Origin: a virus
Taxonomy: Duplodnaviria; Caudoviricetes
IMG/VR virus record: IMGVR_UViG_3300012953_000084
Location: 1-36,409 of that record
Length of the DNA stretch: 36,409 bases
Reading direction: 5' to 3' (one strand)
Part shown: positions 1 through 8,112 of the stretch, piece by piece
How positions within the stretch are numbered: the stretch's first letter is position 1
How the letters are laid out: each line of letters begins with the position of its first letter
Notes under the pieces: model-generated
Databases searched by the model: none
Seen by the model: the letters and a program-made list of their open reading frames with translations, nothing else
What the model was told of the DNA's origin: nothing
Translations under genes and position numbers: made by a program

Positions 1-62
1 TATGGTTCATGGGATTCGCAAATCCTTATTGGTGTGTTTATCCAGTTTGCTGGGTAGTATAA
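1..62 (+). CDS. 3' end of upstream gene (partial), ...WFMGFANPYWCVYPVCWVV*, probably a small membrane protein
   Basis: Frame 3 is open from the window start to TAA at 60-62, directly abutting the ATG at 63; hydrophobic, ends with a Cx4C motif. Confidence 0.6.
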   Translation, partial: WFMGFANPYWCVYPVCWVV

Positions 63-326
63 ATGGAGATCGGTCAGTTAATATCTGATTTTGGATTCCC
101 TGTTGTAATGGCAGTAGGTATGGGATATTTTGTATACTTTGTATATCAAACTATTCTAAACAAAGTCGACCCCGCTGTAGACCAAATGAAACTAACTATC
201 ATTCGATTGATAGATCAATTAAGGTTACTAGACCAAGACATGATACGGTTACAAGAAAAAGTAAATACCGTACTAGAAATGCAAGAAAATGAGAAGAAGA
301 GACAAGATAATGAAAAAGAAGTTTAA
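63..326 (+). CDS. small membrane protein (N-terminal TM helix + coiled coil)
   Basis: Hydrophobic segment FGFPVVMAVGMGYFVYFVY followed by a heptad-rich tail; overlaps csgF. Confidence 0.7.
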   Translation: MEIGQLISDFGFPVVMAVGMGYFVYFVYQTILNKVDPAVDQMKLTIIRLIDQLRLLDQDMIRLQEKVNTVLEMQENEKKRQDNEKEV

Positions 327-852
327 GGTTTGGACAGTATACTATGTTCTACTTGGTCTTATTGTTATTCTTGGAGTTACCCTTTCAACTCTTGTAAATG
401 GTAGCGAACTTACTCATAAATTTAAATCTCCAGCTTTCAATGGTCAAGGCACCTCCGCACACTATCTTACAATAGACGAACAAGAACGTACACGAAGACA
501 AAAAATCGAAGACGACATACAAGACGCAATAGAAGAAGCGGAAAGAGAAGCAGACAACACAGTTTTAGCAAAGTTCACAAGAAACTTAGAGAGTAGAATT
601 TATTCTACACTTGCAAAGGATATAGCAGAATCTTTATTTAGCTATGAAGGAGCAAGGCCTAATATAGATGACCCAGAGTCTTGGGCAATGGGCTCTATAA
701 ACTTGGAAGGAAACGTTCTGACTTGGATTAACAATGGAGTATCGATTACTCTTATAGTAGAAGAATATGTCGATGGAGTACTGGTAAGTACTACAGAAAT
801 TGAAATACCAATCGGAAGTTTTGGAGGGTGTTTAATTGAATGTACTCCGTAG
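310..852 (+). CDS. csgF: curli assembly/transport component CsgF-like protein
   Basis: Signal/TM segment, then SELTHKFKSPAFNG...HYLTIDEQ and FTRNLESRIYSTLAKDIAESLF, resembling CsgF motifs; directly upstream of csgG. Start chosen at ATG 310 (ORF track starts at 289). Confidence 0.8.
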   Translation: MKKKFKVWTVYYVLLGLIVILGVTLSTLVNGSELTHKFKSPAFNGQGTSAHYLTIDEQERTRRQKIEDDIQDAIEEAEREADNTVLAKFTRNLESRIYSTLAKDIAESLFSYEGARPNIDDPESWAMGSINLEGNVLTWINNGVSITLIVEEYVDGVLVSTTEIEIPIGSFGGCLIECTP

Positions 853-1684
853 CTTAGTTTTAGTACTATGTTTAAATGGATGTGCTGCTATAGGAATACA
901 GCATGCCACAGGATGTAGTAATGGTATAGTATGCGAGCAAGGGCCGATTATAGAGCCTACAGCAGCGCAACAACTTTTAAATCTACCAGTCCCAAATCAA
1001 AAAACAGTAGTCGCTGTATATAAGTTCGGTGATGAAACAGGGCAGAGAAAGCCAAGTGACATGATCTCAAGTTTTAGTACTGCTGTTACTCAAGGAGCAA
1101 TACATATACTTATCGAGGCCTTGAGAGATGCAGGAAAAGGTGACTGGTTTGTAGTTGTCGAAAGATCAGGACTCGATGCCTTGACAAAAGAAAGACAACT
1201 TGTTAGAAATACTTTTGAAAGTTACAATGGTGGAAAAGATTCAAAAACAATTTTAAAACCCTTATTATACGCAGGTATGATTTTAGAAGGGGGTATCGTG
1301 GGTTACGATACTAATTTAAAGACAGGCGGTAGTGGTGCACGGTATCTAGGAATAGGTATGCAGAACCAATATCGCGAGGATAAAGTAACTGTAGTCCTTA
1401 GAGCTGTACTTGTGCAAACAGGCGAAGTACTCTTAAATGTAACAGCTACAAAAACTATACTATCCACATCAAAGGGAGGCGACGTTTTTAAGTTCTATGA
1501 ACTAGGAACAGAACTCGTTGAGGTAGAAAGTGGAAGTACAGATAATGAACCAGTAACCTATGCAGTACGTGCAGCTATCGAAGCAGCGGTTTACGGATTA
1601 GTACAGCAAGGCCTGGCAAAGGAAGTTTGGGATTTTGATTATGACAAACTTCGTGGAGAAAATAATGAAGAAGGTACTGATTAG
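836..1684 (+). CDS. csgG: curli secretion channel lipoprotein CsgG
   Basis: TTG start after GGAGG; lipobox LNG-C; motifs AVYKFGDETGQRKP, SFSTAVTQGA, WFVVVERSGLDALTKERQ, EGGIVGYDTN, GGSGARYLGIG, NEPVTYAVRAAIEAAV. Confidence 0.93.
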   Translation: MNVLRSLVLVLCLNGCAAIGIQHATGCSNGIVCEQGPIIEPTAAQQLLNLPVPNQKTVVAVYKFGDETGQRKPSDMISSFSTAVTQGAIHILIEALRDAGKGDWFVVVERSGLDALTKERQLVRNTFESYNGGKDSKTILKPLLYAGMILEGGIVGYDTNLKTGGSGARYLGIGMQNQYREDKVTVVLRAVLVQTGEVLLNVTATKTILSTSKGGDVFKFYELGTELVEVESGSTDNEPVTYAVRAAIEAAVYGLVQQGLAKEVWDFDYDKLRGENNEEGTD

Positions 1685-2354
1685 TGTAATTGCACTACTT
1701 GTATCAACAGCGTACGCGGGAAATAATGATATTTACATTACTCAAACAGGGACAGGGCTTACATTAACAATAGATCAGATTGGAGCAACTAATACAGTTG
1801 GTACCAGTGCTGCAAGAGCAGTCGTTAGTGGTACAAGTATGACTATAGACATAGATCAGATAGGATCGTCTAATACAATTGCTGCTAGCATTTTGCAAGG
1901 TAATAGTTCAAGCTGGACGTATTCAAATACAGGATCTAGTGCAGCTGCTACATTTGCAGTTGGTGCTACAGGTGATGTAGCAAACTCAGACTTTGACTAC
2001 ACAGCCTCTGGTGGTGATAGCAACATCTTATTCTGGACTCAAGGTGCAGCTGCTACAGCTACTGGTGCAAATACAGATTTTGTAATCAGTGGAGCAAGTA
2101 ACAATATAAATGCTACTTGTGAAGTGGTTGGTTGTATAAACAACTGGGATATTACTGGAAATAGTAATGATATTGATACTACACAAACAGGAAGTGCAGA
2201 CCATTCAATTACAGTAGACTTAACAGGAAGCTCAATGGATATCGATATTGACCAAACAGATACTACTAGTACTAATGTAGCAAACTTATTGTTACAAAGT
2301 AGCGGTGGTTCTGGCAGTTCAATTAATATTGACCAATGCGCTACTGGCTGTTAA
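1665..2354 (+). CDS. secreted curlin-repeat protein (CsgA/CsgB-like beta-solenoid) 1
   Basis: SD GGAG before ATG 1665; signal peptide MKKVLISVIALLVSTAYA; repeats such as NDIYITQTG, TIDQIGATN, DIDQIGSSN, NDIDTTQTG; rich in S/T/G/N/D. Confidence 0.75.
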   Translation: MKKVLISVIALLVSTAYAGNNDIYITQTGTGLTLTIDQIGATNTVGTSAARAVVSGTSMTIDIDQIGSSNTIAASILQGNSSSWTYSNTGSSAAATFAVGATGDVANSDFDYTASGGDSNILFWTQGAAATATGANTDFVISGASNNINATCEVVGCINNWDITGNSNDIDTTQTGSADHSITVDLTGSSMDIDIDQTDTTSTNVANLLLQSSGGSGSSINIDQCATGC

Positions 2355-3415
2355 TATTATTAGTAGGTACACTAAACGCAACAGAAATTGGAGAAATATC
2401 TGAGCTAAAGGGTAATGGAGAGATCGCTAGAAAAGATTCTAATGATGCTTTCATTGCCGAACTAGCTTCAGATATTTTTTCATTTGACGAAGTAAGAACA
2501 GGACAAGGTAGGCTCGCAGTAGAGTTTATTGACAGTACCGTTCTTAAACTTACAGAACATTCAAGAGTAGTTATAGATAACTATATCTTTGACCCTGATC
2601 CGAGTAAAAGTAAACTTGCCTTAAAAATGGCATCAGGGACTGCTAGATTTATAACTGGCAAACTAGGCAAGATAGATAAAAAGAACATTACTATTCGCAC
2701 ACCAAGTGCGACTATTGGAATACGTGGTACAGATTTTACCACAACGGTGGATGAACTAGGTAGAAGTTTAATTATACTTTTACCAAATGAAGATGGAACT
2801 TCATCAGGAGAGATAACTGTAGAAACTTGGGCAGGTGTTGAGGTATTAAATCAACCGTTTCAAGCAACTATGGTACAGACTATGGACTCACAACCTACAA
2901 AGTCTGTAATATTAGGAAATCTTACTCTAGGCCTTATTAATAACTTATTAATTATTAATCAACCAGAGCAAATAGAAGATGCAGTAGCAGAACAAGAAGG
3001 AGGCCCGAGAACAGAACTAGATAGGGACTTTTTTGAAGATGCACCTGACTTAGATAGAGATTTTTTAGAGGAGGAAGAAGAGATAACAAGACTTGATATT
3101 GATTTACTAAGTTTTGATTTCTTAATTGATTTACTTGCAATAGTAGAAACAGCAAGTAAGAAGGAAGGTACAACAGGAACTTTGGATAGCGTAGAACTCG
3201 AAGGTATTATTCCTGGGTTCGATCCACAGCTTCAAACTTATACTTTTGTAGAAGGAGAGTTTATACACTTTGTCCACTATGGAACAAATACGTTTGATAT
3301 AGCACTAGATAAAAACGCAGCAGCTTACTTGTCAATCAATACAGCAGGCATACCTATGGAGATAAAAGTAAATGGAGCGGGCGATAATACTATTGTTATT
3401 TTTCAGTCCCCTTAG
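2336..3415 (+). CDS. exported FecR-domain protein with acidic C-terminal region
   Basis: Signal peptide; FecR-type motifs DEVRTGQGRLAVEFIDSTVLKLTEHS, GTARF, IRTPSATIGIRGTDF. Confidence 0.85.
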   Translation: MRYWLLILLVGTLNATEIGEISELKGNGEIARKDSNDAFIAELASDIFSFDEVRTGQGRLAVEFIDSTVLKLTEHSRVVIDNYIFDPDPSKSKLALKMASGTARFITGKLGKIDKKNITIRTPSATIGIRGTDFTTTVDELGRSLIILLPNEDGTSSGEITVETWAGVEVLNQPFQATMVQTMDSQPTKSVILGNLTLGLINNLLIINQPEQIEDAVAEQEGGPRTELDRDFFEDAPDLDRDFLEEEEEITRLDIDLLSFDFLIDLLAIVETASKKEGTTGTLDSVELEGIIPGFDPQLQTYTFVEGEFIHFVHYGTNTFDIALDKNAAAYLSINTAGIPMEIKVNGAGDNTIVIFQSP

Positions 3416-4172
3416 CTGGGCAGGAAATAACACACTGAATATAACTTATAAAGGAGATAATACTTCAATTACAAGTATCCAAGAAGGTAGTAGTAATACC
3501 ACTACTATCCTTTGTGGCGCCAATACTAATGGATCAGTTCCAGGGAGTACGTATGTTGCACATACTTGTTCTAATGCCACATGGAGTTCAGATGTGGATG
3601 GGACAGGCAATACAGTTAAGATGTATACTGTATGGTCAAATCATACAGGAAGCTCAAAAACTATTGCAATAGATGGTGATAATAATACTGCCTACTTAGA
3701 TCAAGATGAAGATAATAATACATCAAGTATAACCATAACTGGCGATAACAATACCGCCGAACAACTAGGAACAGGAGATGACAATGTCTACACAATCACA
3801 CAAACAGGAAATAATAAATACGCAAGAATTCTGTCCTTCGCGGACGATTCAGATGTTACAATCACACAATCTGGCTCTGGACAACATAACACTTATGTGT
3901 ACAATGTTGGGAATGCTGATAATAACTCGACTACAGTAATTCAATCTGGATCTGGAAATAAAGATGCAGATATTTATTTTTATTCAGACGCCGATAACTC
4001 AGATGTAGATCTCACACAAAGTGGGAATGGGGCTCATACAGCTCTCATGAAATTTTACACAGACAACTATGATGTAGACGTAACACAATCAGGATCTACA
4101 TCACAATCTTACTCTGCAACTTTTAATTGTAGTTCAAATTGTAATAAAACAATTTCAATCACACAGCAATAG
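3372..4172 (+). CDS. secreted curlin-repeat protein 2
   Basis: Signal peptide ending SWA; many 11-13 aa half-repeats (NTAYLDQDEDNN, NVYTITQTGNNK, DVTITQSGSGQH, STTVIQSGSGNK, DVDLTQSGNGAH, DVDVTQSGSTSQ). Confidence 0.8.
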   Translation: MERAIILLLFFSPLSWAGNNTLNITYKGDNTSITSIQEGSSNTTTILCGANTNGSVPGSTYVAHTCSNATWSSDVDGTGNTVKMYTVWSNHTGSSKTIAIDGDNNTAYLDQDEDNNTSSITITGDNNTAEQLGTGDDNVYTITQTGNNKYARILSFADDSDVTITQSGSGQHNTYVYNVGNADNNSTTVIQSGSGNKDADIYFYSDADNSDVDLTQSGNGAHTALMKFYTDNYDVDVTQSGSTSQSYSATFNCSSNCNKTISITQQ

Positions 4173-4173
4173 C

Positions 4174-4752
4174 ATGGATAAAAACTTCTTTATAATAGAT
4201 AATTTTTATAATAACCCTGATGAGGTTAGGCAGTTTGTTTTGAATAGAGAGTTTCTTACTGAAGGAAATTATCCAGGTTTTAGAACAGGCCCAGAAGCAC
4301 CAGAACAACATCAATATTTAAAAACATTCTTTGAACAAAGTGTAATTAAAAAGCCTATAACATATTGGCCAGAAGATTATAATACAGCATATCAAATTAC
4401 CACAGAAGAATCCACAACATGGATACACCATGATGACACAACTTGGGCGGCAGTATTGTACTTGTCTCCAGATGCACCTGCAGAGTCAGGTACAGGAATA
4501 TACAGGCATAAAGAATCAGGTGTATATCAGTGGGACGGTGTAAAAGATTCTGCAACAGACTTTAATCATTCCGACTTTTTAGGTGATAATTCTATGGATC
4601 AGTGGGAACAAATTGCATTCGTTGGTAACCTATATAATAGACTAGTTTGTTATAAAGGCAGTTTATACCATAGAAGTGTATTACCTGGTTTTGGAACAGA
4701 TAAATATTCAGGTAGATTGTTTCAAACATTCTTCTTTGATACACAGCAATGA
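4174..4752 (+). CDS. putative 2OG-Fe(II) oxygenase (DUF6445-like)
   Basis: IIDNFYNNPD start, GNYPGFRT, HxD motif (WIHHD), WAAVLYLSP, GTGIY, distal His (LYHRS), RLFQTFFF. Confidence 0.75.
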   Translation: MDKNFFIIDNFYNNPDEVRQFVLNREFLTEGNYPGFRTGPEAPEQHQYLKTFFEQSVIKKPITYWPEDYNTAYQITTEESTTWIHHDDTTWAAVLYLSPDAPAESGTGIYRHKESGVYQWDGVKDSATDFNHSDFLGDNSMDQWEQIAFVGNLYNRLVCYKGSLYHRSVLPGFGTDKYSGRLFQTFFFDTQQ

Positions 4753-4949
4753 ATAAGTTAAGAAAAAGTAGAAGACGAAGTGTCTTCAAAACAATTACGT
4801 GGCGAGTACTCGCTACAACAGACACCTTTATTATTAGTTGGATAATAACAGGTGAATGGACACTTGCAGGGGGAATTGCAAGTATTGAAATAGCTACAAA
4901 AATGTATCTATACTATATGCACGAACGAATTTGGAGTAGAAAGAAATGA
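4749..4949 (+). CDS. small membrane protein, DUF2061-like
   Basis: RSVFKTITWRVLATTDT...KMYLYYMHERIW pattern; ATGA overlap with the previous gene. Confidence 0.8.
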   Translation: MNKLRKSRRRSVFKTITWRVLATTDTFIISWIITGEWTLAGGIASIEIATKMYLYYMHERIWSRKK

Positions 4950-5359
4950 AAACACTAATATTATTAATACTTACAGTACTATCCTCTTTAGGGCAGGCGG
5001 AGTGGAAAAATTGGCACCCAGTCAATGAAAAGTTATTTAAATCGTTTGTAGTATTAAATGTTATTGATACGATGCAAACATTTGATCTTATTGACTGCCA
5101 AAATAAGTTAGGTAAAGAATGTCCTTTTCACGAAAGTAATTTATTAATTGGACCTCGTCCAAGTAAAGGAGAAGTACTCTTAGTCAAAACACTTCTTGTA
5201 GGAGGGGCGTATTATCTGCTGGATAAAAGCTACCCAACACCGTTATGGAAAAATACCAACAAGCCTAAGTTTGTGGCTTTAGTTATTATGAATATGGTAT
5301 ATATAGATACAGTATCTAAAAATAAATCTATTGGATTAAGCCTTAGCTATAAATTTTAA
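4946..5359 (+). CDS. exported/membrane hypothetical protein (DUF5658-like D..T / ExN motifs)
   Basis: Signal peptide, LNVIDTMQT, HESNLLIG, hydrophobic helices, terminal aromatic residue (LSYKF). Confidence 0.55.
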   Translation: MKTLILLILTVLSSLGQAEWKNWHPVNEKLFKSFVVLNVIDTMQTFDLIDCQNKLGKECPFHESNLLIGPRPSKGEVLLVKTLLVGGAYYLLDKSYPTPLWKNTNKPKFVALVIMNMVYIDTVSKNKSIGLSLSYKF

Positions 5360-7206
5360 TGAAGACACGAATACTTGCAGCGCTCGGCCTACTAGCTTTT
5401 TTAATCTGGAATCCTTATCCTTTACAAGTTTTAGAACTTAAAGTATTTGATAGCCTCATGGCAACAAAACCTGTTGTACAAGACGAGATGATAGTTCTTG
5501 TAGACATTGACGAAGACTTTGTAAAAGCAGTAGGAGGATATCCAATACCACGTAGCTACTATGGAAAACTTATTACACGAACCGATGCAATACCAGGCAT
5601 TACAGTACTGATGCCAGATCCTGATTTAAGAGGAGAAGCAGAAGACAACGTACTCGCTTACAATCTTAGTACTATACCAACTATTTTAGCATACACAGCT
5701 TCAACACAAGCTACAGAAGGCGGGCCTCACGTAGGCACGGCCGCTTTAGGAGAGGATCCACAACCATGGCTATATCAGTATCCAGGAATTTTACGACAAC
5801 TACCAAGCCTAGCAGAACAATCCGCAGGAGTAGGATTAATAACAACAGCACCCGAAGTAGACGGCGTCGTAAGAAGAGTTCCACTCGTCGTAAGCGTAGA
5901 CGATAAACTATACCCATCTTTCGCACTCGAAATGCTTCGAGTCGGTACTGGAAATATCAGCTATCAATTATCTACTCAAGAAACAGGGGTGGAATGGTTA
6001 AGAATACCAGAGTATCCACTTATTACAACAGATCCAAGAGCCAGAGTGTGGACTACTTGGAATACAAAATTTTATAGACAAACAGCATCAGAATATTTAA
6101 GGAGCCCACTACAAGGTGCAACTTTTGTAATTTTTGGAGTAACAGCAGAAGGTGTAGCAAATCCTATACCAACTCCAAATGGCTCTATGTTTGCTCATGA
6201 AGTTCAGGCGAATATACTTCATGGACTGATCGCGGGTGACAGTCCATCTGAACCTTCATGGTCTCGAGTGGCAGAGCTAGGAATAGGCATGCTAGCGCTA
6301 TTAGTCCTAGCTTTTGCTGCTACATCTATTTATGCTTCCGTTCCCATATTATTTGCAACAATTGGAGGATTAGTATACGGAAGCTGGTACGCGTTTCAGC
6401 AAGGCTTGCTTTTAGATGTAAGTGCAGTCATACTTATTGCATTTATCTACTGGGCAGTCGTTACTTTTAGAAATTTTATAAAACAATTCTTACTTAGACG
6501 ACAAATTAAAGGTCAATTTGGTACTTACCTGTCGCCAGACATGGTAGATATGCTTGTAAAAGACCCTTCGCTTATGAAACTAGGTGGAGATCGAAGAGAA
6601 ATGACATTTTTGTTCGCAGACATTGTAGGATTTACCCCAATATCAGAAGCATACATGAAAAACGACGATCCAGAAGGACTAGTAGAGCTTATAAATCTAT
6701 TTTTAAATGAAATGACAAAAGTTATACTTAAAAATGGAGGTACAATCGATAAATATATGGGAGATTGTATTATGGCTTTCTGGAACGCACCACTTCCTTG
6801 TGAAAAACACGCAGAAATGGCACTTAAATCCGCAATGGAGATAGAATTACTAACTGAGACGCTAAATCAAGATTTAAAAGACAAAGGATTAGACTTACCA
6901 CCTGTCGTAATAGGTACAGGAATCAATACTGGCCCTTGTATAGTCGGAAATATGGGAAGTGAATCTAGATTCGATTACTCTGTAGTCGGAGACGCAGTTA
7001 ACTTAGGAGCGAGACTCGAAGTACAAACTAGAACTTATGATACTCCAATCCTATTCTCAGACTTTACTCTAAAACATTTAGAGGAACATGGTTGTACAAT
7101 TAGATGTACAAGACTGGACAAAATTAAAGTAAAAGGAAAAGACGAGCCAGTAGAGATTTTTGCCCCATTGTTTGAGTCTGGACCGAGAAAGTTACAAAAA
7201 ACATAA
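5359..7206 (+). CDS. CHASE2-domain membrane-bound class III adenylate cyclase
   Basis: N-terminal TM; CHASE2 motifs IVLVDIDE, DGVVRRVPL, YPSFALE, PTPNG...HEVQANILH; 3-4 TM helices; catalytic LFADIVGFT, DKYMGDCIMAFW, GNMGS, DYSVVGDAVNLGARLE, VKGK. Confidence 0.93.
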   Translation: MKTRILAALGLLAFLIWNPYPLQVLELKVFDSLMATKPVVQDEMIVLVDIDEDFVKAVGGYPIPRSYYGKLITRTDAIPGITVLMPDPDLRGEAEDNVLAYNLSTIPTILAYTASTQATEGGPHVGTAALGEDPQPWLYQYPGILRQLPSLAEQSAGVGLITTAPEVDGVVRRVPLVVSVDDKLYPSFALEMLRVGTGNISYQLSTQETGVEWLRIPEYPLITTDPRARVWTTWNTKFYRQTASEYLRSPLQGATFVIFGVTAEGVANPIPTPNGSMFAHEVQANILHGLIAGDSPSEPSWSRVAELGIGMLALLVLAFAATSIYASVPILFATIGGLVYGSWYAFQQGLLLDVSAVILIAFIYWAVVTFRNFIKQFLLRRQIKGQFGTYLSPDMVDMLVKDPSLMKLGGDRREMTFLFADIVGFTPISEAYMKNDDPEGLVELINLFLNEMTKVILKNGGTIDKYMGDCIMAFWNAPLPCEKHAEMALKSAMEIELLTETLNQDLKDKGLDLPPVVIGTGINTGPCIVGNMGSESRFDYSVVGDAVNLGARLEVQTRTYDTPILFSDFTLKHLEEHGCTIRCTRLDKIKVKGKDEPVEIFAPLFESGPRKLQKT

Positions 7207-7211
7207 GATAT

Positions 7212-7253
7212 AAAAAAATAGTTCTTGACATTACATTCATATTTTAGTATAAT
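7212..7253 (+). promoter_or_regulatory. strong sigma70-type promoter P1
   Basis: TTGACA 7225-7230, 17 bp spacer, TATAAT 7248-7253, upstream A-tract; intergenic. Confidence 0.9.
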
Positions 7254-7297
7254 ACATAAATAGAATTTAATATTCAAAGCAACTAGACACATAAATA

Positions 7298-7528
7298 ATG
7301 GAAAAGGACGAAGATATAGAGAATAGACTTACAACCCACGAAGCTATCTGTGCTGAGCGCTGGAAAACTGTATTTAATCAATTAGAAGGAATAGAGAAAC
7401 GCGCTAGTAGAAGGTTCGATGGAGTAGAAGAATCCGTTAGCAGATTAGAAACAGTTTTGTTTTCTGCTGCTGGTGGAGGTATTATAGGACTAGCTACTGT
7501 TATTTTCACTTTTTATTCAATGACATAA
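7298..7528 (+). CDS. coiled-coil protein with C-terminal TM anchor (possible holin-like/membrane protein)
   Basis: LTTHEAICAERW coiled coil, C-terminal hydrophobic helix. Confidence 0.6.
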   Translation: MEKDEDIENRLTTHEAICAERWKTVFNQLEGIEKRASRRFDGVEESVSRLETVLFSAAGGGIIGLATVIFTFYSMT

Positions 7529-7529
7529 T

Positions 7530-7943
7530 ATGGCATATTCAGATAGAGTAGTAAAGCGTTTCGAAAACGTACTAAAGAACCCAGAAAAACATTCAGTTGG
7601 GAGATTCGACCCCGAGGATCCAAATATAGGAACAGGGATGGTCGGAGCACCTGCATGTGGCGATGTTATGCGACTACAGTTGCAAGTAGAAAACGGCATC
7701 ATTAATGATGTAAAATTTAAGACTTACGGTTGTGGCTCTGCAATAGCGAGCTCAAGCGAGTTAGTTGATATGCTAACGGGCAAAACACTGGAACAGGCGG
7801 AGGCCGTCACAAACAAACAAATAGCTGAGATATTGGACTTACCACCTATCAAGTTACATTGCTCGGTTTTAGCACAGGAGTCTATAGCAAAAGCATTAGC
7901 AGACTATAGGCGTAAAGATAATTATAGGAGTAGTGATGGTTGA
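7530..7943 (+). CDS. iscU: Fe-S cluster assembly scaffold IscU
   Basis: GAPACGD (C43, D45), FKTYGCGSAIASSS (C68), LPPIKLHC (C111; variant of the HscA-binding LPPVK). Confidence 0.95.
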   Translation: MAYSDRVVKRFENVLKNPEKHSVGRFDPEDPNIGTGMVGAPACGDVMRLQLQVENGIINDVKFKTYGCGSAIASSSELVDMLTGKTLEQAEAVTNKQIAEILDLPPIKLHCSVLAQESIAKALADYRRKDNYRSSDG

Positions 7944-8112
7944 TTACGAGACTAAAATGGCAACCCCATCTAAGGAGTCTACGGCTCCAGCAAAACCTGG
8001 TATAGAAATTTACGAAAGTAGAGGAATGTGGAAATACCGTGATGCTATGGGAAGACTGCACAAATTTAAAACAAAAGAGGAGGCAGAAAAAGCCTTAGAA
8101 GAGAATGACTAA
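7936..8112 (+). CDS. hypothetical protein, 58 aa (MVDYETKMATPSK...FKTKEEAEKALEEND); not in ORF track
   Basis: SD AGGAG 7926-7930, ATG 7936, TAA 8110-8112; overlaps both neighbours. Confidence 0.7.
   Translation: MVDYETKMATPSKESTAPAKPGIEIYESRGMWKYRDAMGRLHKFKTKEEAEKALEEND

Noticed and set aside
63-326. Candidate CsgE
   Set aside because: TM plus coiled-coil architecture, no cleavable signal peptide or CsgE-like motif
7207-7297. CRP or Fur boxes near the cyclase/iscU junction
   Set aside because: No convincing TGTGA-N6-TCACA or GATAAT-type palindrome seen by eye
1-7943. Interpretation as bacterial chromosome flanking a prophage
   Set aside because: No integrase or att-like junction seen; same strand, tight packing and similar composition as the phage genes; typical phage cargo genes are interleaved; iscU lacks iscS/iscA neighbours. 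Not formally excluded without read data
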